Shown here: in pieces, positions 28,688 through 37,510 of the stretch
How positions within the stretch are numbered: the stretch's first letter is position 1
Layout of the letters: each line of letters begins with the position of its first letter
Notes under the pieces: model-generated
Database searches by the model: none
The model's input: the letters and a program-made list of their open reading frames with translations, nothing else
What the model was told of the DNA's origin: nothing
Program-made: the position numbers and the translations under genes
From: Treponemataceae bacterium
GTDB lineage: Bacteria > Spirochaetota > Spirochaetia > Treponematales > Rectinemataceae
DNA length: 64,000 nucleotides
Direction: 5' to 3'
Assembly: GCA_963677895.2 (NCBI GenBank)
Contig: CAXXGJ010000002.1
Coordinates: forward strand, 32,001 to 96,000

Positions 28688-30778
28688 ATGCTGAACCGAT
28701 TCGCCGTCCTGATCTGCGCCCTGGCCTTCTGCCTGTTGGGCGCATCCGCGCAGAACGTTGACGCGGCATTTCCCGCTGACGATACATTCAGGGTCATAGC
28801 CGACTCGATCTCCATCGGCAGGGAAAAATTTTCCGCCCGTCTCGACGAGATCCGCGCCGAAGGACGGGAGCCGCTCGGCCTCGTTCTGGCAGGCGGATCG
28901 GCGCGAGCTTACGCTCATATCGGCGTCATCCAGGTGCTTGAAGATGCCGGCATCCGGCCTGACTTCATAGTCGCCAACTCGATGGGCGCCGTGGTCGGCA
29001 TGCTTTACGCCGCCGGAGTATCCCCGGACACGATCGCCCAAATCGTAGGCGCCGTTCCCCTCGAATACTATTTCAACCTCGTCCTCCCCACGAAGGGCGG
29101 CATAATCAACGCCGATCCCTTCGTCGGCGCCGTAAAGGAAATGGTGGGCGACCTGGACCTCTCCGACACGCCGATACCCATCATCGTGACGGGCGAAGAC
29201 CTGAAGACCAGGCGTCTGGTGGAGCTGTCGGCGGGAGAGTTCTCCAAGGTCATGACGACAAGCTTCGCCATGCCGGCTATCTTCGAGCCGGTTCCCTTCG
29301 GCGAATTTCTCCTCGTCGACGGCGGATCGACCAACCTGGTGCCGGTCGAGATAGCCGCGAAGTATTCCTCTCTCCTTATCGTTTCCACAGCCTTCTACAA
29401 CAAGAGCATGAACTACGGCAATCTTCTTTCCGTGCTCAGCAGGACCTTCGATATAGGGAAGACGAGATCGGGCATCGAGGCACTGCTCGCGGTCTCGCCC
29501 ATCGTCATCAGAAATAATGTCGAAAATATTTCGTACATGCAGTTTTCCAGCCCCGCGGCCATCATCGAGCGGGGAAGGGAAAGTTCCTTGGCCTCCATCG
29601 ACGAAATCCTCGGCGTACTGCCTTCAGCGTCCAGAAACAGGCGGATGCCGCCCGAGCTCATCGAAGCCAGGACTAAGTATGATCTTTCGATTCCGCGTAC
29701 CCTCGCCCGGCTGAGGCGAGGGGCTCTGCCCGACGTTGTTCCCTCGGTGCGATACAAACTCAGATACAAGCTTTTTGACACGTTTGAGCGTTCGGCGATG
29801 GAACTGGATAGTCAGATGTACGGCGGTCTGGCGCTGTCGGCGGCGGCCGGCATGGTCAGAGCTTCGGCTTCTTCGATAATAGGGCTTTCGGGCGACCCCG
29901 GGCGGCAATGGGCGGTTACGACGAGCATGCTGGCCAATCCCTTCGATACCTTTCTCGCCCAGGCCGAGTTGAGACTTTGGGGCGATTTCAGTTCACTGCC
30001 CGCGTTTTTCCTCGAGCCCGACAGCCTCGAAATCCTGGCCGGCCTTTCCTGGTCCTCCAAGGGCGAGGGCTTCGTCCTCCGGCCGTCCCTGAGCGCCTCC
30101 CTCGATTACGCCCTCGATTCGGGGGCTCTCGGTTGGGAAACGAGGACCGACCTGGCGCTCGACGCGGGACTCGGCGACAGGCCTCTCCTCCCGGGAACCT
30201 GGGCGGGGTTTGTGTCGGCAAGAGCTGGCGCCTTTGCCGACACGCTGGCCGAGCCGGGAGGTTCTCCCCGCTATGGTCCCGAAATGACGCTTAAGACGGG
30301 CATCGCCAGGATAGGCATCGCCAGGATAGGCGGCGCCAAGCAGCCTGGCGGCGCCTATCCTGGCGGCGCCGCTTTGAGGGGAAGGGTGACGGGGCGATTC
30401 GATATGTCCGGCAGGGGGCTCTCGCTTGAGCGGGGCGACGCCTATCGGGGAAACGCCCTCGCGGGCGCGGCGCCCATCGTCATCGCCGCCAACATGGAAC
30501 TCGTCTGGCTGGCGAAATCCCTCGAGTTCGACGCGGCAGAGCTATTCCTCGTCAAGAACATGGAATTGGGTCCATATTTCGACGCCGTCTGGCTTGCCGG
30601 CGGCGGCTCCGGTTCGACCCTGAATCCCGATGCCTTCAGTTTAGGGCTCAGCTACGCCACTACCCTGAGCTTCGCCGGCCTGACACCCATCGATCTGTCG
30701 CTTTTCCTGGGCTTGGACAATACGGGATATCCGGTTTTCGGCGTCAGGGCGGGAAGGCTCTTTCCCGCCGTCAAGTGA
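28688..30778 (+). CDS. Exported patatin-like phospholipase with long beta-rich C-terminal region
   Basis: Signal peptide from ATG 28688; LAGGSAR..AHIGV, ANSMG nucleophile elbow, DGG. Confidence 0.85.
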   Translation: MLNRFAVLICALAFCLLGASAQNVDAAFPADDTFRVIADSISIGREKFSARLDEIRAEGREPLGLVLAGGSARAYAHIGVIQVLEDAGIRPDFIVANSMGAVVGMLYAAGVSPDTIAQIVGAVPLEYYFNLVLPTKGGIINADPFVGAVKEMVGDLDLSDTPIPIIVTGEDLKTRRLVELSAGEFSKVMTTSFAMPAIFEPVPFGEFLLVDGGSTNLVPVEIAAKYSSLLIVSTAFYNKSMNYGNLLSVLSRTFDIGKTRSGIEALLAVSPIVIRNNVENISYMQFSSPAAIIERGRESSLASIDEILGVLPSASRNRRMPPELIEARTKYDLSIPRTLARLRRGALPDVVPSVRYKLRYKLFDTFERSAMELDSQMYGGLALSAAAGMVRASASSIIGLSGDPGRQWAVTTSMLANPFDTFLAQAELRLWGDFSSLPAFFLEPDSLEILAGLSWSSKGEGFVLRPSLSASLDYALDSGALGWETRTDLALDAGLGDRPLLPGTWAGFVSARAGAFADTLAEPGGSPRYGPEMTLKTGIARIGIARIGGAKQPGGAYPGGAALRGRVTGRFDMSGRGLSLERGDAYRGNALAGAAPIVIAANMELVWLAKSLEFDAAELFLVKNMELGPYFDAVWLAGGGSGSTLNPDAFSLGLSYATTLSFAGLTPIDLSLFLGLDNTGYPVFGVRAGRLFPAVK
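30299..30373 (+). repeat. 15-bp-period GC-rich tandem/inverted repeat inside the patatin CDS
   Basis: GGCATCGCCAGGATA twice; 20-bp arms 30319-30338 and 30346-30365 (1 mismatch); shares an exact 18-mer with 50529-50546. Confidence 0.75.
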
Positions 30779-32540
30779 TATTCTCGTCTTCGCCGTACGC
30801 CGCGTCGTTCAGCGTCAGGGGATTTTTGAAGCGCCAGAGCAGAAGGGCGATGAAGACAAGGTTGATGACACTGGCCGCCGCGAAAAGGTTCCATTTCGGA
30901 TTGCCCGAGGCCACCGACCCCACATAGCTGTGAAGCTTCACCCCGATGGTGTAGAGCCTGTCATCGGTGAGAAAAACGAGGGGGACGAGGAAGCCGTTCC
31001 ACGCGGAGATGAAGGCCGTCATCATCGCGGCGGCCAGGGCCGGGGCGCTCAAGGGAGCGATGATCTTCAGCATGTAGGCGAGGGGCTTCATGCCCTCAAG
31101 CGCGGCTTCCTCCTCATAGCTCGGAGGCAGGCGATCCAAGAAAGCCTTCAGCGTAAAGAGTGAAAAAGGCAGGGCGTGGAAGATATACACTGTGACGAGC
31201 GGGACATAGCCGCCCAGCAAGCCCAGAAGCCTGAAGAGGATGAAGAGCGGGATGAGGGAATGGACGCCGCCCGTCATTCCTAGCGCCTGCAGAAAGGCGA
31301 AGGCCTTCGCCGAGCGCCTGGCGGTCGTCCGCGACAGGGCGAGGGCAGCCGGCAAGGTGAAGATCGGTATCAGGAGGGCGGTGGCCGCCGCGACCAGGAA
31401 GGTGTTGAAAAAATATCGCAGGATTCCCTCTTCGCGCAGAATCGTGCTGTAGGGACGAAGCGAGATGAAGCGCGGAAGGAGCCCGTCTATATAGACTGCC
31501 GACAGATCCGAGAATGAAAGCCACAGGACAACATAGATTACGAGGATGGCCGAGGCGACGGCGAAAATTCGCGCCGTCCAGCAAGCCGCTTTCCAGGCTA
31601 AGGCCGCTGCTTTGCCGCTGATGTTTGGCCGCGTCGTCCTCTCTATCCCTTCAGGCCGCTTTCTGAGATGAAACCACAGCCCAACGAGCAAAATGACAAG
31701 CATTCCCACCGCGACGGCGTATGCCGAAGGTATGCCATAGTCGTTTTCGTTCCTGAAGGCGTCATAGAGGAAAATTTCGAGCGTGGTCGTCGCCCCGACT
31801 ATATTTTTTTCGGTGATGCCGCCGACGAAGGGCGGCCCCCCGGCCGTCATCAGGAAGGGCACCTGGAATTCCTTGAACGATCTCACGAAATCGAGAGCCC
31901 ACATGACGATGAGCGTTGTACGAGCCTGCGGCGCCCTTATCCAGCGCGCGATCGTCCAGGAATCGGCTCCATCCATGCTGGCGGCTTCCGTCATGCCGCG
32001 GTTCACGGCGCGGAGCGACGCGTAGAGGGCGAACACGACAAGGGGAATGCTCAGCCATACGTCGACGGCAAGGGCGGCGATGAAGCCTGCCGCTGGATCG
32101 GTGAGAAGGTTCAGTTCCCTTCCCAGCAATGCCGAAAGCATCGACTTCCCGCCGCTGCCGTGGATGATCATCCGCCAGATGGGCACCGAGATGAAGGATG
32201 GCACTCCCCAGGGCACGAGAATGGCCGCGAATATGATCTTGAAAGATTTTTCCGCGTCCAGGAGGACGGAGGCCAGGATGAATCCTATGAGGACGGAGAG
32301 GCTGGCCGAGAGGAGGGCCCAACCCAGCGTTATGCCCAGGGAAAGAACGAATGCCCTGTCCTCGACGAGGGTTCTGAAATTGTCGAGACCCGCCCAGGCG
32401 GCCTGGCCGTAGCTGTCGTGATAGAGGGAACTGGCCGCGGCAGTGAAGAAAGGGAGTATGCCCGCGGCCAGAATGAGAAAGGCGAGAGGAAGGATGGCCC
32501 ATTTCGTCACCCTGGATCTGCCGAGAATCGACGCTTTCAT
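30771..32540 (-). CDS. Carbohydrate-type (CUT1) ABC permease, MalF-like and MalG-like domains fused
   Basis: Two EAA loops (EAASMDGA, EEAALEG), GLDNF, MTAGGP, FISAWN. Confidence 0.9.
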   Translation of the reverse strand: MKASILGRSRVTKWAILPLAFLILAAGILPFFTAAASSLYHDSYGQAAWAGLDNFRTLVEDRAFVLSLGITLGWALLSASLSVLIGFILASVLLDAEKSFKIIFAAILVPWGVPSFISVPIWRMIIHGSGGKSMLSALLGRELNLLTDPAAGFIAALAVDVWLSIPLVVFALYASLRAVNRGMTEAASMDGADSWTIARWIRAPQARTTLIVMWALDFVRSFKEFQVPFLMTAGGPPFVGGITEKNIVGATTTLEIFLYDAFRNENDYGIPSAYAVAVGMLVILLVGLWFHLRKRPEGIERTTRPNISGKAAALAWKAACWTARIFAVASAILVIYVVLWLSFSDLSAVYIDGLLPRFISLRPYSTILREEGILRYFFNTFLVAAATALLIPIFTLPAALALSRTTARRSAKAFAFLQALGMTGGVHSLIPLFILFRLLGLLGGYVPLVTVYIFHALPFSLFTLKAFLDRLPPSYEEEAALEGMKPLAYMLKIIAPLSAPALAAAMMTAFISAWNGFLVPLVFLTDDRLYTIGVKLHSYVGSVASGNPKWNLFAAASVINLVFIALLLWRFKNPLTLNDAAYGEDENIT

Positions 32541-32547
32541 CCCTTCC

Positions 32548-34035
32548 CTAGAAAACGAGATTGATCGACTGAATCTGTTTTACGTTCTTGATCCCCTCGG
32601 GCAGACGGGCGATGTTCTTGTCCCAGACGAGGACGAGGGGGAATTCGCTGGGATCGAGGCCCGCCCCATCCTTGTACATGGCGAGTATGACTTCGTCGTT
32701 GGCGTCCAGTTCGCGCGAATCGAGGGTGATCTTGTAGCCGTCGACGGCGGTCACCTCGACTTTGTAGCCGGCCTTGGCCGCCGCGCTGTCATAGGCATGG
32801 ATGCTCGTGTCCTGCTTGTGCGGCTGGTAGGCGGGATCGTCGGCGTAGCCCAGGAGGAGGTGGAGGGGGAAGCCGGTATAGCTGCCGCTTATTCCCTTGC
32901 GTTCGAAAACGACTTCCTTCTTGTGGCAGCTCACGCAGGACTGCACCGTGGCGCGATCCATCGTTCCGTTCATCTTCCCGCCGTAGGAGATGGCGAAGTC
33001 CTTGAAGTCCTTCTGTTTCACGATGATGCGCTTGATCATCTTGACCGAGGTGTGGCCGTCGATGTTGGGATCGTTGGGACCAATTTTCACCGTCCTGATG
33101 TAGCCCGGATCCTTGGGGAGCCAGTCGCCGTCCATCCTGAAGGCCAGAATCCACGTGCCGTCCGCCTCATCGAGCACTTGTTTGCCGGAATAGGTCATCT
33201 CGTAGCCGTCGGTGGCCGCGAACGTTATGGAATCGTCCGCGGAAAGGCTCATGAAACGGGAGAGGATAACCCTGAGGCCCACCCCGCCATAGACGTTGGA
33301 GTACTTTGTCCCGGCGCTGGTCGTGAAGCTTCCCTTGTTTTCCATATAGGCCGGATCTTTTTCCAGGTCGGCGAGGGTATAGGAGGTCTTCACGCCGTTG
33401 ATATCCAGCTCAAGCGCGAAAGAGGCGGCTTCCGAAACCGCCTTGGACGCTGCGAGGCTCGTGGTTATGGAGGCGATCTGCTTGACCCAAAGGTTTTTGG
33501 CCGTGTCGCCGACGATCATGGGTCTGTCGAGGGGCTTGCCGGCCTCGGTATCGGCGAGGATCAGCGCGTCCTGTGCGACATCCTTCGTGGAGAAGGTGGC
33601 GGAAAAACCGTCGGCCGCCGAGAGCGTGACTTCATAGCCTTTGGCCCAGAGTCCGGCGTCGAAGGCATAGGGATGGGAGGAGTCGGAACCGTCGATCATG
33701 GCGATGGCGAGACGGAGGGGGATGCCTGAATAGGTTGTCGCCACGCCTTTTTTATCCACAGTTTTCTGGACATAATCCTTGCCCGCGGCCTTTATCTTCT
33801 GGTAATAGGATTGAGTCAGGCTGTCCTTCCTCGCGCCCGCCAGTTCGATGCTCCAGCCGGTCTCCGCCGCCGACGCGGCCGATGTCGTGTCCGCCGCTGC
33901 CGCTGCGGCCACCGTTGTCGTCGGGACGATCTCGACGAGGGGCTTTGCCGCTTTCTGCGATTGCGATACGCATCCGGCGAGAACGAAAGCGATGGAGACC
34001 GTGATGGCGAGAATGGTCCTCATTCGTCTAGGCAT
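32548..34035 (-). CDS. Lipoprotein with three tandem sulfite-oxidase/MsrP-like (molybdopterin-binding fold) domains and a CxxCH motif
   Basis: Lipobox LAGC; three repeats of Y.G..L / A.DG(Y/F) / ILA...G..L / VK.I..I; CVSCH at 32923-32937. Confidence 0.75.
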   Translation of the reverse strand: MPRRMRTILAITVSIAFVLAGCVSQSQKAAKPLVEIVPTTTVAAAAAADTTSAASAAETGWSIELAGARKDSLTQSYYQKIKAAGKDYVQKTVDKKGVATTYSGIPLRLAIAMIDGSDSSHPYAFDAGLWAKGYEVTLSAADGFSATFSTKDVAQDALILADTEAGKPLDRPMIVGDTAKNLWVKQIASITTSLAASKAVSEAASFALELDINGVKTSYTLADLEKDPAYMENKGSFTTSAGTKYSNVYGGVGLRVILSRFMSLSADDSITFAATDGYEMTYSGKQVLDEADGTWILAFRMDGDWLPKDPGYIRTVKIGPNDPNIDGHTSVKMIKRIIVKQKDFKDFAISYGGKMNGTMDRATVQSCVSCHKKEVVFERKGISGSYTGFPLHLLLGYADDPAYQPHKQDTSIHAYDSAAAKAGYKVEVTAVDGYKITLDSRELDANDEVILAMYKDGAGLDPSEFPLVLVWDKNIARLPEGIKNVKQIQSINLVF

Positions 34036-34062
34036 GGTGTTACTCCTTTCGCATATTCATGA

Positions 34063-35598
34063 TTACGGCTTCGATCCGCCGCTTATGGTTTCCTGGTTGG
34101 CGTCGATAAGCCGGCGCGCTTCCGCGAGGGCCGCGTCCGGCTTCATGCTGCCCGCGAGTATGAATCGCAGAATTTTCCACATCGTGTTTTTATAGGTGCC
34201 GTAGCCCGAGCTGGGAGGTATGACGGCGCCAATTTCGGCGCTTCTGGTCAGGATGGCTTGATAGCGGTCGGCGCTCTCCGCTACCTTCCACGCGTCGGAA
34301 TTCGCCGGGAGTTTGGAGAGGGCTGCCGAAAAGCGATGCTGGACCCCGACGCCGGACAGGTACTCGAGCAGTCTGCGCGCAGTGACGGGGGATTGGGTGG
34401 AGCGCGTCATCGCGAAACCTTTGAAATCGAGGAGGGGCGCCATGGGTTTGCCTGTGGACGAAACCACCGGATAGGGCGCGACGCCGAAGTCCAGGCCTAT
34501 CCGTTCGAACTCGGGAATGGAATAGGACCCGCTCAGTATCATGGCGATTTTGCCCGAAGCGAAGCGCGCCACCATGGCGTCGCGTTCGAGGGGCTCCAGG
34601 TAGCCTCGGTCGATCATCGAGAGAATCCAGGATATGGCCTGTCTGGTTCCCCGATCGTCGGGACGGACTCCGCCGTCGGCATCGGCGATGGAAGGTTTTC
34701 CGAAGCCCATGGCCATGGGCAGAAGCCAATACGCGGAATAGACATTCCAGGAAATGGGCGTTCCGCCGCTCCGGCTTATCCGCGCGGCCATGGCTTCCAG
34801 ATCGTCGGTCGTCCAGGTCAGGGCGGGCGGAACGGGGACCTGTTTCCTGTCGTAGAAAACCAGCTGCGCATCGAAATAGAAGGGAATCGCCCAACGCCGG
34901 CCTTCGGCGCTGAAGGCTGCCGCCCCCTTCTCCACGATATGAGAGGCGTCGATTCGATCCAGGGGCTGGAGGGCCTGCGCCGCCACGAGATCGGGGACAT
35001 TGTCGGACTGGATCATGAGAAGATCGGGCGCGCGTCCCCCGCCGCGCTGGACGGCCAGGAGCTTGGACCTTGTATCCGGCACGTCCACGGCTCTGACCTT
35101 CGCGCCGGAAAGCGTCGCCCAACGTTGGATTTCCGCCTTGAGTTCGGGGACGCCCTCCCAGGAGAGCCAGATTTCCAGTTCCCGTTCGCGGGCCTGGTCT
35201 CCGCTGATGTTTACTGAACTGAAGGAAGCCACCCTGGCATCCGGCGCGAGCAGATCCCAGCCTCCAGAGGACGATTCGACGATATAGAATCCGGAAAGTC
35301 TGTCCGCGAGATCGTCGCCGGTCCAGATTTTGGTCCCGGCCGGGCCGGCGCACTCGATCCTCCATGCTTCCACGAGGGGAGGAAGCAGTTCGGAGACGGC
35401 AAGGCCGCGTTCGATGAAGTTTTTCGCGGGGATGGAATATGAAAGCGCGCGCAGCGCGGTATCGGAGGGCAAGGTTTTTGAGCCGCCGTTAAGGCGCAGG
35501 TCGAATGCCCAGGCCGAAGCATGAAGCGCGAAGGCGAGGCCTACGGCAAGAACAACCGTCCGGAAACAAGGTTCCGGCGGGCTTGAGCGAGTCATCAT
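34063..35598 (-). CDS. MalE-like extracellular solute-binding protein with ~100-aa N-terminal extra domain
   Basis: Signal peptide; PDLLM, LQPLD, WAIPF...FYD, F.SGKIAM, DFGVAPYP. Confidence 0.85.
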   Translation of the reverse strand: MMTRSSPPEPCFRTVVLAVGLAFALHASAWAFDLRLNGGSKTLPSDTALRALSYSIPAKNFIERGLAVSELLPPLVEAWRIECAGPAGTKIWTGDDLADRLSGFYIVESSSGGWDLLAPDARVASFSSVNISGDQARERELEIWLSWEGVPELKAEIQRWATLSGAKVRAVDVPDTRSKLLAVQRGGGRAPDLLMIQSDNVPDLVAAQALQPLDRIDASHIVEKGAAAFSAEGRRWAIPFYFDAQLVFYDRKQVPVPPALTWTTDDLEAMAARISRSGGTPISWNVYSAYWLLPMAMGFGKPSIADADGGVRPDDRGTRQAISWILSMIDRGYLEPLERDAMVARFASGKIAMILSGSYSIPEFERIGLDFGVAPYPVVSSTGKPMAPLLDFKGFAMTRSTQSPVTARRLLEYLSGVGVQHRFSAALSKLPANSDAWKVAESADRYQAILTRSAEIGAVIPPSSGYGTYKNTMWKILRFILAGSMKPDAALAEARRLIDANQETISGGSKP

Positions 35599-35722
35599 TC
35601 CCCCTTTTCAAGCATGGAAGGCTGAACCGTTTCCGGCGCAACCCGATGGCTTTTAGTCCATGGATTTCAGCGGCTCATTTCCATGATGCCGCATATCTTT
35701 AGGAACTAAGGCTCGAAGGAAT
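35598..35722 (-). ncRNA. Moco-family riboswitch, P3-less (Tuco/Wco type)
   Basis: Minus strand reads UUCGAGC..UUAGU-CCUAAA..CAUGG-ACUAA..GCC..GGGUUG-CCGGAAACGG-CAGCCU-UCCAU..GAAAAGGGGGA-AUG; it has the CCUAA/AUGG receptor, a GAAA tetraloop, and P1 pairing with the SD. Confidence 0.85.
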
Positions 35723-35732
35723 TCTATGGCTG

Positions 35733-35761
35733 ATTCTATGGCGCCCATTCGCAGGCGTCAA
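35733..35761 (-). promoter_or_regulatory. Sigma70 promoter for the riboswitch operon
   Basis: TTGACG-17-TAGAAT; predicted start near 35726, just 5' of the aptamer. Confidence 0.8.
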
Positions 35762-35802
35762 GCGGATGAACCTGTCTTGACGGACAGAGTTACGCGCGGG
35801 GC

Positions 35803-35832
35803 AAAAAAAAGGCGCCCGGGATGGGCGCCTTT
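35803..35832 (-). terminator. Rho-independent terminator
   Basis: AAAGGCGCCC-ATCC-CGGGCGCC-T8 downstream of ORF 36377-35877. Confidence 0.85.
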
Positions 35833-35876
35833 CGTATCCGATCCGAATCCGATCGGGATTCGATCGGGATCCGACG

Positions 35877-36377
35877 CTACAGTTTCAGGAGGACGCCGAT
35901 ATAGGAGGCCTCGAGGCCGGTTTCGGCGTTGATGGCGAAGTTGTTCGACAGGAAATAGCTCGTGCCGCCGATCGTGTTGAAGCCGACGCCGGGAAGGATC
36001 GAAAGACCCAGGCCAAAGTACGAATCGAAGTTGCCGACCCAGGCGAGTTCGCTGGGCAGGTTGAGGGCGCCCCAGTTGAAGTGGAGAGTGCCAACCGCGC
36101 CTACCGCGACCGACACCGTGCTGCCGAGATAGAGTCCCGCGCGGCCGGCGACGCCATAGGTGAAGGGGAGTTTTTCGGCGATCGTGAACTTGCCGATGGC
36201 GTATTCAACGCCGCCGCCGACCGAAAGGCCGTACCAATAGCCGAAACCGATGCCGACATTCGCATTTATCGAACCTGGATTGATGAGCATGCCATTTTTT
36301 GAATAGTTAGTGGTTTCCGCGGACGCGAAACCGACGACGACGCAGAGAAGCGCGACAAGCACCGTGAATTTCTTCAT
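35877..36377 (-). CDS. Small outer-membrane beta-barrel-like protein
   Basis: Signal peptide, Gly/aromatic alternating strands, SD AGGAGAGG. Confidence 0.7.
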   Translation of the reverse strand: MKKFTVLVALLCVVVGFASAETTNYSKNGMLINPGSINANVGIGFGYWYGLSVGGGVEYAIGKFTIAEKLPFTYGVAGRAGLYLGSTVSVAVGAVGTLHFNWGALNLPSELAWVGNFDSYFGLGLSILPGVGFNTIGGTSYFLSNNFAINAETGLEASYIGVLLKL

Positions 36378-36673
36378 TTCCCTCTCCTTTTGCTAAAAAC
36401 GATCAGGTTGATGCTGTGTCCGGTTTGAATCGGAAAACTCGATAACTCAAGCCGGGCAGGACAATATCCACTTATAATTGTATAGATGATTCCCGGAATT
36501 TGCAAATAGTAATTAACTTGATTCCTTTGGTTTTCACCCAATCGCCGTGCCGCCGAACTGTCTCGGTGCATAAAAATGCCAATAGTATGCGGCTTTTATG
36601 TCTTGACACTGCGACGCCCCCTGTTGTACCGTCGCGTAAAGGATATTCACATGAGTTATATTAAAGATTCCTT

Positions 36674-37510
36674 ATGTTTCATGCGAAGCGGCCGGAACAG
36701 GCCGCATTACTCAACCCTCTCGTACTAGTCCAGACAATTCCCCATTTGACATCGCCAGTTCCTCCCTCCAATTCCCCGGCTTTAGCCATAAGGGATATCA
36801 GTAAAAGATTCGGTCCTCATGCGGTTCTGGACGGCGTTTCGCTCTCCATCCCGGCCGGAAGAATTTACGGCATAATCGGACGGAGCGGAGCGGGCAAGAC
36901 CACCCTCATCAGGATCGCCTCGCTGCTCGAACGCGCCGACGGAGGCGAGATTTTCTATTCCGGAGTTTCCGTATCCGGAGCCAAGGGAAAGGAACTGATA
37001 GAGGCGCGCAGAAAAGCTGGGTTCGTGTTCCAGAACTTCAACCTTTTCTCCTCGAGAACCGTCGCGGGCAATGTGGCTTTCCCCCTGGAAGCGGCCGGCT
37101 GGAATAAAACGGCCATACGCGAAAGGGTGGAGGAGCTCGTGGAGCTCGTAGGGCTCTCGGACAAGGCGGACAGGCCGGCCGGCCGGCTTTCGGGAGGCGA
37201 GCGCCAGCGCGTCGCCATCGCCAGGGCTCTCGCGAACAGACCTCAGATACTCTTCTGCGACGAAGCCACCAGCGCGCTGGATCCCGAAACCACGAGGTCC
37301 ATCCTGGATCTGATCCAATCCCTGCGCCAGCGTTTCGGTCTCACCGTCATGATGGTCACGCACCAGATGGAAGTGGTCAGGAGAATCTGCGACGACGTCG
37401 CGATCATTTCCGACGGCTTGATCGTGGAGAGCGGCCCCGTGGCTTCCGTTTTTTCCCGTCCAAGCAGCGAAACCGGACGCCGTCTCGTGGCGGAGGTCAA
37501 CCATGCGTGA
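36674..37510 (+). CDS. metN: Methionine ABC transporter ATPase (start uncertain, possibly TTG 36746)
   Basis: GRSGAGKT, FQNFNL, LSGGERQRV, CDEATSALDP. Confidence 0.92.
   Translation: MFHAKRPEQAALLNPLVLVQTIPHLTSPVPPSNSPALAIRDISKRFGPHAVLDGVSLSIPAGRIYGIIGRSGAGKTTLIRIASLLERADGGEIFYSGVSVSGAKGKELIEARRKAGFVFQNFNLFSSRTVAGNVAFPLEAAGWNKTAIRERVEELVELVGLSDKADRPAGRLSGGERQRVAIARALANRPQILFCDEATSALDPETTRSILDLIQSLRQRFGLTVMMVTHQMEVVRRICDDVAIISDGLIVESGPVASVFSRPSSETGRRLVAEVNHA

Noticed and set aside
36378..36745. SAM-I riboswitch before metNIQ
   Set aside because: No AUCNAGAG..GAC/GCAACC core found.
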